This document shows, piece by piece, positions 21,454 to 31,523 of a DNA stretch of 64,000 nucleotides; position 1 is the first letter of the stretch; each line of letters opens with the position of its first letter. The DNA is taken from positions 128,001 to 192,000 of the forward strand of contig CAZZIO010000040.1 in NCBI GenBank assembly GCA_964654465.1. The letters are read 5' to 3'. The DNA comes from an uncultured Dictyoglomota bacterium (GTDB taxonomy: Bacteria > Dictyoglomota > Dictyoglomia > Dictyoglomales > Dictyoglomaceae). The position numbers were made by a program, and so were the translations under genes. The notes beneath the pieces are model-generated. The model saw only the letters and a list, made by a program, of their open reading frames with translations, was not told the origin of the DNA and did not search any database.

Positions 21454-21808
21454 TTGTTATATGCTCCCATTTATCTACTTTCCCTAAAGGAGAAATATAA
21501 ATACTTATAACATCAAACCTTACACCTTTCATTTTCTGAAATCTATTCTTAAATTTTGCCATAAAAACTTCAGCTATCATCCTTATCCTCTCTTGTTTTT
21601 TCAAATCTACTGCTTCAATAGGTAAACCATACTTATTTGATCTTCTTGTTTTAACCTCCACAAAAACTAAAATTCCATTTCTTTCAGCTACAATATCTAT
21701 CTCTCCTAAAGACATTCTTAAATTTCTATATAATATAGAATATCCTTCCTTCTCTAAAAGATTTACAGCAAAATCTTCTCCTAATTTTCCAATATCTTGA
21801 TTACTCAC
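21443..21808 (-). CDS. yraN: YraN (UPF0102) nuclease
   Basis: GKLGEDFA, GEIDIVA, LVFVEVKTR, RFDVI, HITNAF. Confidence 0.92.
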   Translation of the reverse strand: MSNQDIGKLGEDFAVNLLEKEGYSILYRNLRMSLGEIDIVAERNGILVFVEVKTRRSNKYGLPIEAVDLKKQERIRMIAEVFMAKFKNRFQKMKGVRFDVISIYISPLGKVDKWEHITNAF

Positions 21809-22416
21809 AAAAGTCTAAATCTCCTTCTGTGGATATCAAGCACTCCTAACGATTTTATCTTTTCTCTATGTTCCTTAGTTGCATAACCTTTATGTTTTCC
21901 AAATCCATAATCAGGATATTTTTCATCAAGAGTCCTCATATATCTATCTCTCAAGACCTTAGCCACGATAGAAGCAGAAGCCACATTCAAACAATACCTA
22001 TCTCCTTTAATCACCGTTTCTTGTGGTATATCTAAATCTGGAATACTAATATTACCATCTACTAAGATATACTCAGGCTTTACCCTAAGGCTGTCTATAG
22101 CTCTTTTCATTGCAAGAAGAGTGGCTTTCAAAATGCCAAACCTTTCTATCTCTTCCACATTAGCAAAACCGTAACTCCAACAAACAGCCTCTTCTTTAAT
22201 CTTTTCAAAAAGAATTTCCCTTTCTTCTGGCTTTAACATTTTGGAATCTTTAACGGTAATATTAGAAAAAGGAGGTAAGATTACAGCTCCAGCATATACA
22301 GGACCTGCTAGGGCTCCCCTACCTGCCTCATCTACTCCCGCTATATATTTGAAATAACTCCAAAGTCTTCTCTCTATGTCTCCTATTTCACCAACCCTAT
22401 TCTTTGGGGTGGCCAT
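21805..22416 (-). CDS. rnhB: Ribonuclease HII (start uncertain)
   Basis: AGVDEAGRGALAGPV, KDSK, ILVDG, IKGD, ASIVAKVLRD, HKGYAT. Confidence 0.95.
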   Translation of the reverse strand: MATPKNRVGEIGDIERRLWSYFKYIAGVDEAGRGALAGPVYAGAVILPPFSNITVKDSKMLKPEEREILFEKIKEEAVCWSYGFANVEEIERFGILKATLLAMKRAIDSLRVKPEYILVDGNISIPDLDIPQETVIKGDRYCLNVASASIVAKVLRDRYMRTLDEKYPDYGFGKHKGYATKEHREKIKSLGVLDIHRRRFRLL

Positions 22417-22946
22417 AAAAGTAACACCGCTTTTCCCACTAAATTTTTCTTAGGTACAAATCCCCAATATCTACTATCCACACTCACAGGCCTGTTATCC
22501 CCTAATACAAAATAACTATCCTTTGGTACTTGTATTGGTCCATAATTATCACTACTTTTATTTTTTACATAATATTCATCTAAAGCTCTACCATTCACAT
22601 ATACTATTCCATTTTTTATCTCTATGGTATCCCCAGGAAGACCTATTAACCTTTTTACATACTCCTTAGTAGGATCTTGGGGGTATTTAAAAACTATAAC
22701 CTCTCCCCTTCTTGGCTCTCTAAAATAATAAGGGATTCTTATAACCAAAACTGCTTCCTTTTCATTTAAAGTAGGTATCATAGAACCAGTAGGAATGTAA
22801 GATATCTGCAATATAAATGTCTTTATTAAAAAGGCTAATATAAAAGCAAATATAATAGTTTCAAGAAGATCGTACCATTCATGCTTCTTCAATTCTTGTC
22901 TCTTACTAAGTATAAGATTCCAAAATTCCAGTAATTTATCCTTCAT
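22383..22946 (-). CDS. lepB: Signal peptidase I
   Basis: TM helix, [32 protein letters not shown]. Confidence 0.96.
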   Translation of the reverse strand: MKDKLLEFWNLILSKRQELKKHEWYDLLETIIFAFILAFLIKTFILQISYIPTGSMIPTLNEKEAVLVIRIPYYFREPRRGEVIVFKYPQDPTKEYVKRLIGLPGDTIEIKNGIVYVNGRALDEYYVKNKSSDNYGPIQVPKDSYFVLGDNRPVSVDSRYWGFVPKKNLVGKAVLLLWPPQRIGLVK

Positions 22947-23292
22947 TTTCTACCCTCTCAGCAATCTTGGCACTCTTACCTTTTCTTTCTCTTAAGTAAT
23001 AAAGCTTAGCTCTTCTAACCTTTCCTCTCTTTACTACTTCAATCTTTTCCACAAAAGGTGAATGAATTGGAAAAATTCTTTCCACACCTATTCCTTGTAC
23101 AACCTTTCTTACAGTAATAGTTTCTCTAATACCACCATGCTTTTTAGCAATAACAACCCCTTCATACACCTGAATTCTTTCTTTATCTCCTTCTACAATA
23201 CGATAATGAACCCTAACAGTATCACCAGGCCATATTTGTGGTAAATCCTTTTTCATAAATTCTTTTTCAAGATTTTGAATTATAAGATCCAT
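22936..23292 (-). CDS. rplS: 50S ribosomal protein L19
   Basis: [35 protein letters not shown]. Confidence 0.98.
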   Translation of the reverse strand: MDLIIQNLEKEFMKKDLPQIWPGDTVRVHYRIVEGDKERIQVYEGVVIAKKHGGIRETITVRKVVQGIGVERIFPIHSPFVEKIEVVKRGKVRRAKLYYLRERKGKSAKIAERVENEG

Positions 23293-24031
23293 TTTTTACC
23301 TCCTCTCTTAGTTCTCTTTTAATTTCTTCTAACAATGAAAAATCTTCTTCAGAAAGTCTTGTTTTCTGGAGTAAATCAGGCCTTCTAAGTAGTGTTCTTC
23401 TTAAGGCTTCTTTTCTTCTCCATCTCCTAATCTTTTCATGATCCCCAGATAACAATACTTCTGGTACTTTTAAGCCTTCAAAGTCTCTGGGATGAGTATA
23501 ATGAGGATATTCCAAAATTCCCCATTGAAATGATTCTTCTCTTAAAGAATTAGGATCTCCTATAGCCCCAGGAATAAGTCTTACTACTGCATCAACTATA
23601 ACCATAGCAGGAATTTCTCCACCACTTAAAACATAGTCTCCTATGGAAACTTCCCTGGTTATTATAGTTTTTACTCTTTCATCTATGCCTTCATATCTTC
23701 CACATATGATTATTAGATGACTTTTTTGTGCAAATTCTTCTGCCAATTTTTGATTAAAAAGATCTCCTGATGGCGAAAGAAGTATTACTTCTGAATCCTC
23801 TTTCTTTAAGGCTCTCACAGCTCTAAATATAGGCTCTGGTTTCATTACCATTCCAGAGCCACCACCATAAGGGTAATCATCAACTGATCTATGCTTATCA
23901 GTAGTATAATCCCTTAAATTGTGGATAGAAATATCCACCAACCCTTTTTCCTTGGCTCTTTTTATTATGCTTACATTAAAAGGGCCTTCAAACATCTCTG
24001 GAAATATGGTAATAATATCGATCTTTATCAT
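23267..24031 (-). CDS. trmD: tRNA (guanine37-N1)-methyltransferase
   Basis: [33 protein letters not shown]. Confidence 0.98.
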   Translation of the reverse strand: MIKIDIITIFPEMFEGPFNVSIIKRAKEKGLVDISIHNLRDYTTDKHRSVDDYPYGGGSGMVMKPEPIFRAVRALKKEDSEVILLSPSGDLFNQKLAEEFAQKSHLIIICGRYEGIDERVKTIITREVSIGDYVLSGGEIPAMVIVDAVVRLIPGAIGDPNSLREESFQWGILEYPHYTHPRDFEGLKVPEVLLSGDHEKIRRWRRKEALRRTLLRRPDLLQKTRLSEEDFSLLEEIKRELREEVKNGSYNSKS

Positions 24032-24033
24032 AA

Positions 24034-24543
24034 CTAATACTCTTGCATTTTTTTAATAATAATTTTTCCTTCCTTTAGATCTACTTTTACTACTACATCC
24101 TTAATAGCAGGAATACAAATCTCTTCTTCTCCCTCCACCACGAAAACATCATTGCTTCCTGTTTCTAAAATCTCCCTCACAGTTCCCAAATATTTTCCTT
24201 CCAATTCATATACAGGAAGCCCCATTATTTGGTAAGAATAAAAATAACCTTCTGGAAGAACCGGTAAATCTTCTTCTTCTAATAGAAGCCAGTTTCCTTT
24301 TAGTTTTTCTGCATCTGTTCTATTTGTTATTTCAGTAAAATAAACAACAAACCCTTTGTTATGTTTTCTTATATATTCCAATGATAGTTCCTTCTTTACA
24401 ATAAGGGTATCTCCCCAAGACAAATATATCCTTTGTCCCTTCTTTAAATCTAAAAGATAGTCGTAGAAGGGCCATATCTTTAATCCACCTTTTATTCCAA
24501 AAGGCTCTCCTATCTTAGCTATTCTTACCAAACGAGAAGCCAT
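24034..24543 (-). CDS. rimM: Ribosome maturation factor RimM
   Basis: [24 protein letters not shown]; synteny. Confidence 0.93.
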   Translation of the reverse strand: MASRLVRIAKIGEPFGIKGGLKIWPFYDYLLDLKKGQRIYLSWGDTLIVKKELSLEYIRKHNKGFVVYFTEITNRTDAEKLKGNWLLLEEEDLPVLPEGYFYSYQIMGLPVYELEGKYLGTVREILETGSNDVFVVEGEEEICIPAIKDVVVKVDLKEGKIIIKKMQEY

Positions 24544-24546
24544 CCC

Positions 24547-24777
24547 TCATTGTAGTACTTCTATGACCACCTTTTTACCCTTCTTAAGACCCGCTACTCT
24601 TATTATCGTCTGTAAAGCCTTAACAGTTTGTCCCTGCTTTCCAATAACTCTACCCCTATCCTCTGGGGCTACTTTTACTTCAAGTATTACTGACTTAGTT
24701 CCTTCTACTTCTCTGACCTCAACCTCTTCAGGTTTCTGAACAATAGCTTTAACAATATACTCTAATAACTCTTTCAT
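24547..24777 (-). CDS. khpA: KH-domain RNA-binding protein KhpA
   Basis: MKELLEYIVKAIV, DRGRVIGKQG; between rpsP and rimM. Confidence 0.92.
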   Translation of the reverse strand: MKELLEYIVKAIVQKPEEVEVREVEGTKSVILEVKVAPEDRGRVIGKQGQTVKALQTIIRVAGLKKGKKVVIEVLQ

Positions 24778-24792
24778 TAACAAAAGCCCCCT

Positions 24793-25074
24793 TTATGCAG
24801 AACTTTTAACAGTTCTCTTTAAGGCAAGGAACTTATCCCAAACGCCATACTTCTTGAGCAAACTAAGAACAGTATCGGTAGGTTGAGCTCCTTGACTTAG
24901 CCAATATAATATTCTTTCTTCTTTTAACTGTACAGTGGCTGGATCAGTCTTAGGATCATAATATCCTAAGATCTCTAAATGTTTACCATCTCTTGGTTCT
25001 CTACTATCCATAGCCACTATTCGATATGCTGGACTATTTTTTGCTCCAATCCTTGTTAAACGAATCTTTACCAA
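24793..25074 (-). CDS. rpsP: 30S ribosomal protein S16
   Basis: VKIRLTRIG, YRIVAMDSREPRDG, GAQPTDTV; TTG start with a strong SD. Confidence 0.98.
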   Translation of the reverse strand: MVKIRLTRIGAKNSPAYRIVAMDSREPRDGKHLEILGYYDPKTDPATVQLKEERILYWLSQGAQPTDTVLSLLKKYGVWDKFLALKRTVKSSA

Positions 25075-25102
25075 AATTCTTCACCTCCTTCTTAGATTTA
25101 TT

Positions 25103-26413
25103 TTATCTTAAAAATGGAAAGAAAGATTTTTTACCTTTATTTAATTGTTTTATCAAATCTAAAGTTTGAAAATACTGTTTTAATAATCTATTTACATCTT
25201 GTACTGTAGTACCACTACCTTTGGCAATTCTTAATCTTCTACTTCCATTTATTATGGAAGGATTTCTTCTCTCTTCTGGAGTCATCGATTCTATTATAGC
25301 AAGAAATTTTTTAATTTCCTTTTCTCCTACTTCTGGTTTAATTTTATCTTTTGGTACATAAGGTAACATATCTAAAATCTGATCAAATGATCCTACTTTT
25401 TTGAGTTCTTTAAGTTGTATATAGAAATCTTCAAGATCAAATTTTGACTTTTTAAGCTTTTCTTCTAATTTTGCCATTTTTTCCATTTCAATATTTTTTT
25501 CTATACGCTCAACTAAGGATGTGAGGTCGCCCATTCCAAGGATTCTTGACGCAAATCTATCAGGATAGAAATATTCTAAATCTTCAACCTTTTCTCCTAC
25601 TCCAATAAACTTTATAGGTTTACCTGTTACAGCTTTTATAGATAAAGCTGCACCACCTCTTGCATCACCATCTAATTTAGTAAGAATTACACCTGTAATT
25701 GGTAAAAGTTCATTAAATTTTTCTGCTATATTCACAGCATCCTGCCCTGTCATCCCATCTACTACTAAGAGAATCTCTGAGGGTTCAAAGTTTTTATTTA
25801 AATCCCCTAATTCCTTCATCATCTCCTCATCAATATGTAGCCTACCAGTAGTATCTACAATCATCACGTCTGCCAATCTTTCTTGTGAAAATTTTATCGC
25901 TCCTTCAATTACTTCTTGTGGGGTTTTACCATCTATATAAACCGGTACCTTTATTTTTTCCCCTAAAACCTGTAGCTGTTTTCCAGCTGCTGGTCTAAAA
26001 GTATCTGCGCCTACAAGTACCACTCTTCTTTGTTCCTGCAAAAGCCTATATGCAAGCTTTGCAGCTGTAGTAGTCTTACCAGATCCTTGAAGTCCTACTA
26101 AGAAAATAATCCCTGGTTTTCTACCCCCAAGATTAATATTAGCCCTATCTCCTCCAAGAATGTTTATTAATTCATAATAAAGAATTTTGATAATTTGCTC
26201 AGCAGGTGTAACACTTCTAAAAACTTCTTCCTGTAATGCTTTAGCCTTTACATTATTAAGAAGCTCTTTAACTACTTTGTAATGAGCATCTGCCTCTAAG
26301 AGAGCTTGTCTTATCTCTCTTAGAGCCTCTTCAATATCTTTCTCTGAGAGCCTTCCTTTTCCTCTCAGTCTTCTAAAAATATCCTGCAATCTACCTGTTA
26401 AATTCTCAAACAT
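25103..26413 (-). CDS. ffh: Signal recognition particle protein Ffh
   Basis: GLQGSGKTT, DTTGR, TKLDGDARGG, RILGMGD, SRRLRIAKGSG. Confidence 0.98.
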   Translation of the reverse strand: MFENLTGRLQDIFRRLRGKGRLSEKDIEEALREIRQALLEADAHYKVVKELLNNVKAKALQEEVFRSVTPAEQIIKILYYELINILGGDRANINLGGRKPGIIFLVGLQGSGKTTTAAKLAYRLLQEQRRVVLVGADTFRPAAGKQLQVLGEKIKVPVYIDGKTPQEVIEGAIKFSQERLADVMIVDTTGRLHIDEEMMKELGDLNKNFEPSEILLVVDGMTGQDAVNIAEKFNELLPITGVILTKLDGDARGGAALSIKAVTGKPIKFIGVGEKVEDLEYFYPDRFASRILGMGDLTSLVERIEKNIEMEKMAKLEEKLKKSKFDLEDFYIQLKELKKVGSFDQILDMLPYVPKDKIKPEVGEKEIKKFLAIIESMTPEERRNPSIINGSRRLRIAKGSGTTVQDVNRLLKQYFQTLDLIKQLNKGKKSFFPFLR

Positions 26414-26457
26414 CTTTATCTTTCTTCCCCATAAATTTAAATTTTCACACTTAGCAT

Positions 26458-26486
26458 ACTATAGACAATATAGAATTTATTGTCAA
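26458..26486 (-). promoter_or_regulatory. Putative sigma70 promoter of the ffh-rpsP operon
   Basis: Minus strand TTGACA-17nt-TATAGT. Confidence 0.7.
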
Positions 26487-26492
26487 TAATCT

Positions 26493-28238
26493 CTATTTTT
26501 CCCAAAAATCTGGAATCTTTTTCCATCTTTCTTTCACGAAATGAGCTGCCATTTTAGGTTGTCTTTGCCTAGTAAATATTCCTTTCCTATTACCAAGAAC
26601 CCTTCTTACTTCTTGTTTTGTCATAAAATCAGCAAAATTCCAAATATGCTCACCTATTACAAAGTCTAATCTATCTAAGGTTTCCATAAAGCGCCTTAAC
26701 ATCTCCCATTGGTATTCTTCAGTAAACATTAAAGGAGGATCACTATGAAATCCAGTAATAGTATCAGCACCAAATTCTGAAAGTATAATAGGTTTTCCAA
26801 ATTTATCATACCAATTTTTCAATTCTTTTTCTAATTGATATTCTATAATATCTAAATTTCCAGAATCAGTATACCAGGAATAATAGCGATTAACACAAAT
26901 AATATCCACATATTTACTTACTTTTGTATCTTTATAAGAAGTACTTTCCACAATTGTTACCGGTCTTGTTGGATCAAGCTTTTTTATCTCCTCTATAACC
27001 TTTCTAAAATATTCCTCAGATTCTTCCTCAAAAGTTGCAGCTTCGTTTGCCACACTCCACATAACAACAGAAGGATGATTTTTATCCCTATCTATCATTT
27101 CTTTTATGACTTGCAGATGGTGTTCTAAAGTCCTTTCATCAATTCGCCCTTTCCTAAAAACCTTATTCTCTGGATTCCATAAATTCATACCAACTGCAGG
27201 TGCTTCCTCTATAACCGCTATACCATACTTATCAGCTAAAAAAAGCACTTCGTCGCTGTAGGGATAATGTGATGTTCTAAAAGAATTAGCACCTATCCAT
27301 TTCAATAAATTGAAATCTTTTATATTTATTACGTGGTCTAACCCTTTTCCTCTTATATCAGAATCCTCATGTTTACCAAAACCCTTAAAATAAAAAGGTT
27401 TATTATTAATTAGAAATCTTTTGCCATCAATCCTTATAGTTCTTATTCCTATATCTAATCTATAGCAATCTATAAGTTTCTTATCTAAAAAAATTTTCAC
27501 TTCAAGTGTATATAAATAAGGATTTCCTGGTTCCCATAAATTAGCATTTCTAACCTCTAACATACCATTAAAAGAATTAGATGAAGCTACTAAATTTCCA
27601 TTTACATCCCTTAAATTTATTATGATATTATCTATTTCTCCCTCTAAACTTACTTTGTATTTTACCAATCCGTCCTTTCCTTTAATATCTGTTTCTAACT
27701 TTATATCTTTTATATAAGTCATCGGGGTTGTATATAACAAAACAGGCCTATGAATCCCCGAATAATTAAAGAAATCAAAATAGTATTCCAATACTTTACA
27801 TTCTTTTGGATGCATCTCATCATTTATTATTTTCAACTCTCCAGGTGGAAGAATATCCCAGCTTAAAGTATTATCAACAGATATTAGTATCTCATTTTCT
27901 CCTCCATATTTTAGTAGAGATGAAATTTCACCCTCAAAAGGCAAAAATCCACCTTTGTGCTCCATAACTTTTACATTATTTACATACACTTCTGAAAAAT
28001 GGGTTGCAGATCCTATTCTTAGGAAGACCCTATTTTCTCTCCAACTAATCGGTATAAAAGTCCTCTTTCTATACCAAACCTTCCCAACATAATCTCTAAG
28101 AGTTATATCTTGAGTTACATCATTGTAACTTGCAGGAACAGGCATGAGAATAAAACTATCTTCCCCATCACGCTTAAAATCCCAAATCCCTGAAAGGTCC
28201 TTTACTTCTCTTGTCTCCGTTTCTATAGGATAAAGCAT
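26493..28238 (-). CDS. uidA: GH2 beta-glucuronidase
   Basis: MLYPIETETRE N-terminus, FDFFNYSGIHR, GFGKHED, RTSHYPY, catalytic WSVANE and LSEFGAD, NxKG motif GNRKG. ATG 28238 has the SD. Confidence 0.92.
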   Translation of the reverse strand: MLYPIETETREVKDLSGIWDFKRDGEDSFILMPVPASYNDVTQDITLRDYVGKVWYRKRTFIPISWRENRVFLRIGSATHFSEVYVNNVKVMEHKGGFLPFEGEISSLLKYGGENEILISVDNTLSWDILPPGELKIINDEMHPKECKVLEYYFDFFNYSGIHRPVLLYTTPMTYIKDIKLETDIKGKDGLVKYKVSLEGEIDNIIINLRDVNGNLVASSNSFNGMLEVRNANLWEPGNPYLYTLEVKIFLDKKLIDCYRLDIGIRTIRIDGKRFLINNKPFYFKGFGKHEDSDIRGKGLDHVINIKDFNLLKWIGANSFRTSHYPYSDEVLFLADKYGIAVIEEAPAVGMNLWNPENKVFRKGRIDERTLEHHLQVIKEMIDRDKNHPSVVMWSVANEAATFEEESEEYFRKVIEEIKKLDPTRPVTIVESTSYKDTKVSKYVDIICVNRYYSWYTDSGNLDIIEYQLEKELKNWYDKFGKPIILSEFGADTITGFHSDPPLMFTEEYQWEMLRRFMETLDRLDFVIGEHIWNFADFMTKQEVRRVLGNRKGIFTRQRQPKMAAHFVKERWKKIPDFWEK

Positions 28239-28309
28239 TAAATCTCCCTCCATAAATATTAAAATCTATTTTAAAATTATACCAAAAATTTAAAAGTTTT
28301 AAGTTTTTT

Positions 28310-28330
28310 ATGTTAAAATATCATTAACAT
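28310..28330. promoter_or_regulatory. Inverted repeat over an extended -10 element, candidate ArsR operator
   Basis: ATGTTAA-N7-TTAACAT overlapping TGTTAAAAT upstream of the ArsR gene. Confidence 0.45.
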
Positions 28331-28355
28331 TTTTCAAGAAAGGAGGGTATAAAAT

Positions 28356-28664
28356 ATGGAAAACAAAGAAATTTATTCTTATGAAACATTACAAAATATG
28401 AGCGACCTTCTAAAAATATTAGCTCATCCTATAAGAATCAAATTATTACTTCTGCTTTCTAAAGAACCTAATACTGTCTCTGAACTACTTAAGATTTTAG
28501 ATTTAAGACAACCTAATCTTTCTCAACATCTTACTTTATTAAAAAGGATCAAAATATTGAAGACAAAGAGAGAAGGTAAGTCTGTATATTACTATATAGC
28601 TCATCCAGAAATCCAGGATATTATAAGGAAAGTAAAAGAGTTATCAGAAAAAATAGCAAAATAA
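28356..28664 (+). CDS. ArsR/SmtB-family transcriptional regulator
   Basis: LKILAHPIRIKLL, TVSEL, QPNLSQHL, REGKSVYY. Confidence 0.92.
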   Translation: MENKEIYSYETLQNMSDLLKILAHPIRIKLLLLLSKEPNTVSELLKILDLRQPNLSQHLTLLKRIKILKTKREGKSVYYYIAHPEIQDIIRKVKELSEKIAK

Positions 28665-28674
28665 GGAGAAAAAG

Positions 28675-29349
28675 ATGGGAACAATCTTCAATGCTATTGC
28701 TGTAATAATTGGGGGAACCATAGGAACAATTTTTAAAGAGAGAATTCCTTCAAGTTTACAGAAGTTACTTATGGATGTATTAGGATTAATATGTTTACCT
28801 TTAGGTATGGAGATGGCTATAAAAGGAGAAAAATTTTTAGCATTGGTTTTTAGTATAGTAATAGGAGGTATAATAGGTGAATTAATAGGAATTCATGAGG
28901 GTTTAGAAAAATTTTCAAATATGATAGAAAGAAGGTTTACAAAAGAGAAAAATACATTTGCAAAGGGATTTCTGACTGCAACACTTCTCTATTGTATAGG
29001 ACCCATGACCATAATGGGATCATTACAAGATGGATTAGGACAATCTCCTCAAATTCTCTATACTAAGTCCCTACTAGATGGAACTGCTTCCATAGCTTTA
29101 GCTTCAGCCTTAGGTCTAGGTGTTATATTTTCAGCCATATCTGTATTAGTAGTCCAAGGGAGTATCACTTTATTCGCAAAATTCATCAGTACATTTTTCA
29201 CAGACATAATAGTACAAGAAATGACAGCAGTAGGTGGAGTATTAATATTAGGTATTGCATTAAATCTGTTAAATATTAAGCAAATTAAAGTTGCTAATTT
29301 ATTACCTGCCCTATTTCTTATTCCAATTTTTATACATATTTTTCCTTAA
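28675..29349 (+). CDS. DUF554 family membrane protein
   Basis: GTIFNAIAVIIGGTIG, LLYCIGPMTIMGSLQDG, KSLLDG, IKVANLLPAL. Confidence 0.88.
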   Translation: MGTIFNAIAVIIGGTIGTIFKERIPSSLQKLLMDVLGLICLPLGMEMAIKGEKFLALVFSIVIGGIIGELIGIHEGLEKFSNMIERRFTKEKNTFAKGFLTATLLYCIGPMTIMGSLQDGLGQSPQILYTKSLLDGTASIALASALGLGVIFSAISVLVVQGSITLFAKFISTFFTDIIVQEMTAVGGVLILGIALNLLNIKQIKVANLLPALFLIPIFIHIFP

Positions 29350-29987
29350 AATCCTAATTCTTCATTTACTAATACAATTGAAAAAGGTGTTTTAGCTGGA
29401 GGAGCTTCGATAATAGTAGTAATTCTACATATTTTTTTAGGGTGATTACAATCAATGCAATAACCCTCTTCTGCACAAGGAAGTTCAAGTTTTAATCTTT
29501 TTGCATTAAGGGGTGTTACTACGTTCTTAATTCTCCATATAGCGGTTTCCAGATTAATAACTAACTTATTCTTACCTACTACTACAATTACTTTTTTAGG
29601 ACCAAAAATTTGTGCTGCTATCCTATTTCCAATTGCTTCCATATTTACAATCTCCCCTGAAAAAGTCAAAGCATTAACACTGGAAAGGAAAATATCAGAT
29701 AACAACTCTTGTCTTCTTATTTCTAAATCCTCCTCAGGAGATAATCCTTCCTTCCAATGATGAATAACCTTGTTACCTCTTCTCTCTAACTCTTCAATAA
29801 CCCCTATTTCTCTAATAGTAACACTCCCACCTACTCCTACTTTAGCATTTTCAGGTATCATTTTAAGAACTAAATCTCTTGCTTCATGTCTATCATTTAC
29901 TAAAAAAACTTCAAAACCCCTTTCTTTTAAAAGATTTGCTGTTCTTTTAAGTTGTTTCTCTTCTAACCATCCCTTAAGATCCCCCAT
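29346..29987 (-). CDS. LUD-domain (lactate utilisation-like) protein with Cys cluster
   Basis: VGVGGSVT, FLSSVNALT, GNRIAA, GPKKVIVVVGKNK, PCAEEGYCIDC...IC, VNEELGF. Confidence 0.85.
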   Translation of the reverse strand: MGDLKGWLEEKQLKRTANLLKERGFEVFLVNDRHEARDLVLKMIPENAKVGVGGSVTIREIGVIEELERRGNKVIHHWKEGLSPEEDLEIRRQELLSDIFLSSVNALTFSGEIVNMEAIGNRIAAQIFGPKKVIVVVGKNKLVINLETAIWRIKNVVTPLNAKRLKLELPCAEEGYCIDCNHPKKICRITTIIEAPPAKTPFSIVLVNEELGF

Positions 29988-29999
29988 AAATAAACCTCC

Positions 30000-31523
30000 T
30001 TACTCCCATTCTATAGTTGCTGGCGGTTTATCCGTTAAATCATAAACCACCCTATTAATACCTTTCACCTCATTAGTAATTTTTCTTGATATCTTACCAA
30101 GTATATCATAAGGTACTTCTACAAAATTAGCTGTCATCCCATCTTCACTCTCTACAATCCTTAAAGCTATAACATACTCATAAGATCTAAAATCTCCTTT
30201 AACTCCCACTGTTCTAATAGGTAGAAGTACAGCAAATGATTGCCAAATTTTTTCATATTCACTCCACTTTTGTAACTCTTCCTGTAATATATTTTCAGCC
30301 ATTCTAAGAATCTCTAATTTATCCTTTGTTACCTCTCCTAAGATTCTTACAGCAAGCCCTGGGCCTGGAAATGGTTGTCGCTTAATAATAAAATCAGGGA
30401 TATTTAAAATCTCAGCAATTTTTCGTACCTCATCTTTAAAAAGATATCTAAAGGGTTCTATTAATTCAAATTTTAAATTTTCAGGAAGGCCCCCCACATT
30501 ATGATGTGTCTTTATCTTAGCAGCCATACCTGTAGATGAAGCAGCACTTTCTATAACATCAGGATATAGAGTTCCCTGAGCCAGATATTTAAAAGGACCT
30601 CTTTTCTTTGCTTCCTCAAGAAAGACTTCTATAAACTCATGTCCAATAATTTTTCTCTTCTCTTCAGGATCTGTTACTCCTTTTAATCTATTTAAAAATC
30701 TATCTTCCGCATTAACGACTATTAAATTCACTCCTAAGGATCTCAACGCATTACTTACCTCTTCTTTTTCACCTTTCCTCAATAAACCATGATCCACAAA
30801 AATAGCAGTTAACTTATCTCCTATAGCTTTCTGTAATAATACCGCCAAAGTTGAAGAATCTACTCCTCCACTGACAGCGAGCAAAACTCTATCTTCTCCC
30901 ACTCTCTCTTTTATCTCCTTGATCTTTTCTTCAACAAACCTTCCTAAATCCCAATTTTTCTTAGCCTTGCAAATTTCAAAAGCAAAATTCTCCAATACCT
31001 TTTTCCCATTTTCTGTATGGGTAACTTCTGGATGAAACTGCACCGCAAATAGAGGATTTGTTTGGGACTGAGCTGCAGCAATATAATTATTTTCAGAATA
31101 AGCCAAAACCTCAAAAGAAGGTGGTAATTCTTTCACCACATCATAATGACTCATCCATACCTTTTCCTCTTCAGCTAACCCTTTAAATAATAATGAGTTT
31201 TTAACAATTCTTATTTCAGTTAAACCAAATTCACCTTTTTCGCCTTTTTCTACCTTCCCACCAAGAATTTGAGCCATTAATTGAAAGCCAAAACATATGC
31301 CCAATACAGGAATCTTTTCAGAAAAAATATCCATATCAAAATTTAAGTTAAAATCGTATACACTGTTAGGTCCTCCTGAAAGTACTATACCTTCTACATC
31401 TTTGTTTTTTAGTTCTGAAAATTTCACTGTTGGCGGAAAGATCTCTGAATATACTCCCATTTCTCTAAATCTACGGGCTATAAGCTGAGTATATTGAGAG
31501 CCAAAATCTATAACACCGATCAT
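30000..31523 (-). CDS. guaA: GMP synthase (glutamine-hydrolysing)
   Basis: [48 protein letters not shown]. Confidence 0.98.
   Translation of the reverse strand: MIGVIDFGSQYTQLIARRFREMGVYSEIFPPTVKFSELKNKDVEGIVLSGGPNSVYDFNLNFDMDIFSEKIPVLGICFGFQLMAQILGGKVEKGEKGEFGLTEIRIVKNSLLFKGLAEEEKVWMSHYDVVKELPPSFEVLAYSENNYIAAAQSQTNPLFAVQFHPEVTHTENGKKVLENFAFEICKAKKNWDLGRFVEEKIKEIKERVGEDRVLLAVSGGVDSSTLAVLLQKAIGDKLTAIFVDHGLLRKGEKEEVSNALRSLGVNLIVVNAEDRFLNRLKGVTDPEEKRKIIGHEFIEVFLEEAKKRGPFKYLAQGTLYPDVIESAASSTGMAAKIKTHHNVGGLPENLKFELIEPFRYLFKDEVRKIAEILNIPDFIIKRQPFPGPGLAVRILGEVTKDKLEILRMAENILQEELQKWSEYEKIWQSFAVLLPIRTVGVKGDFRSYEYVIALRIVESEDGMTANFVEVPYDILGKISRKITNEVKGINRVVYDLTDKPPATIEWE

Noticed and set aside
30000..31523. 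GuaA acting as the missing LarE (both are PP-loop enzymes)
   Set aside because: The protein is a fully canonical GMP synthase with intact glutaminase and C-terminal motifs.
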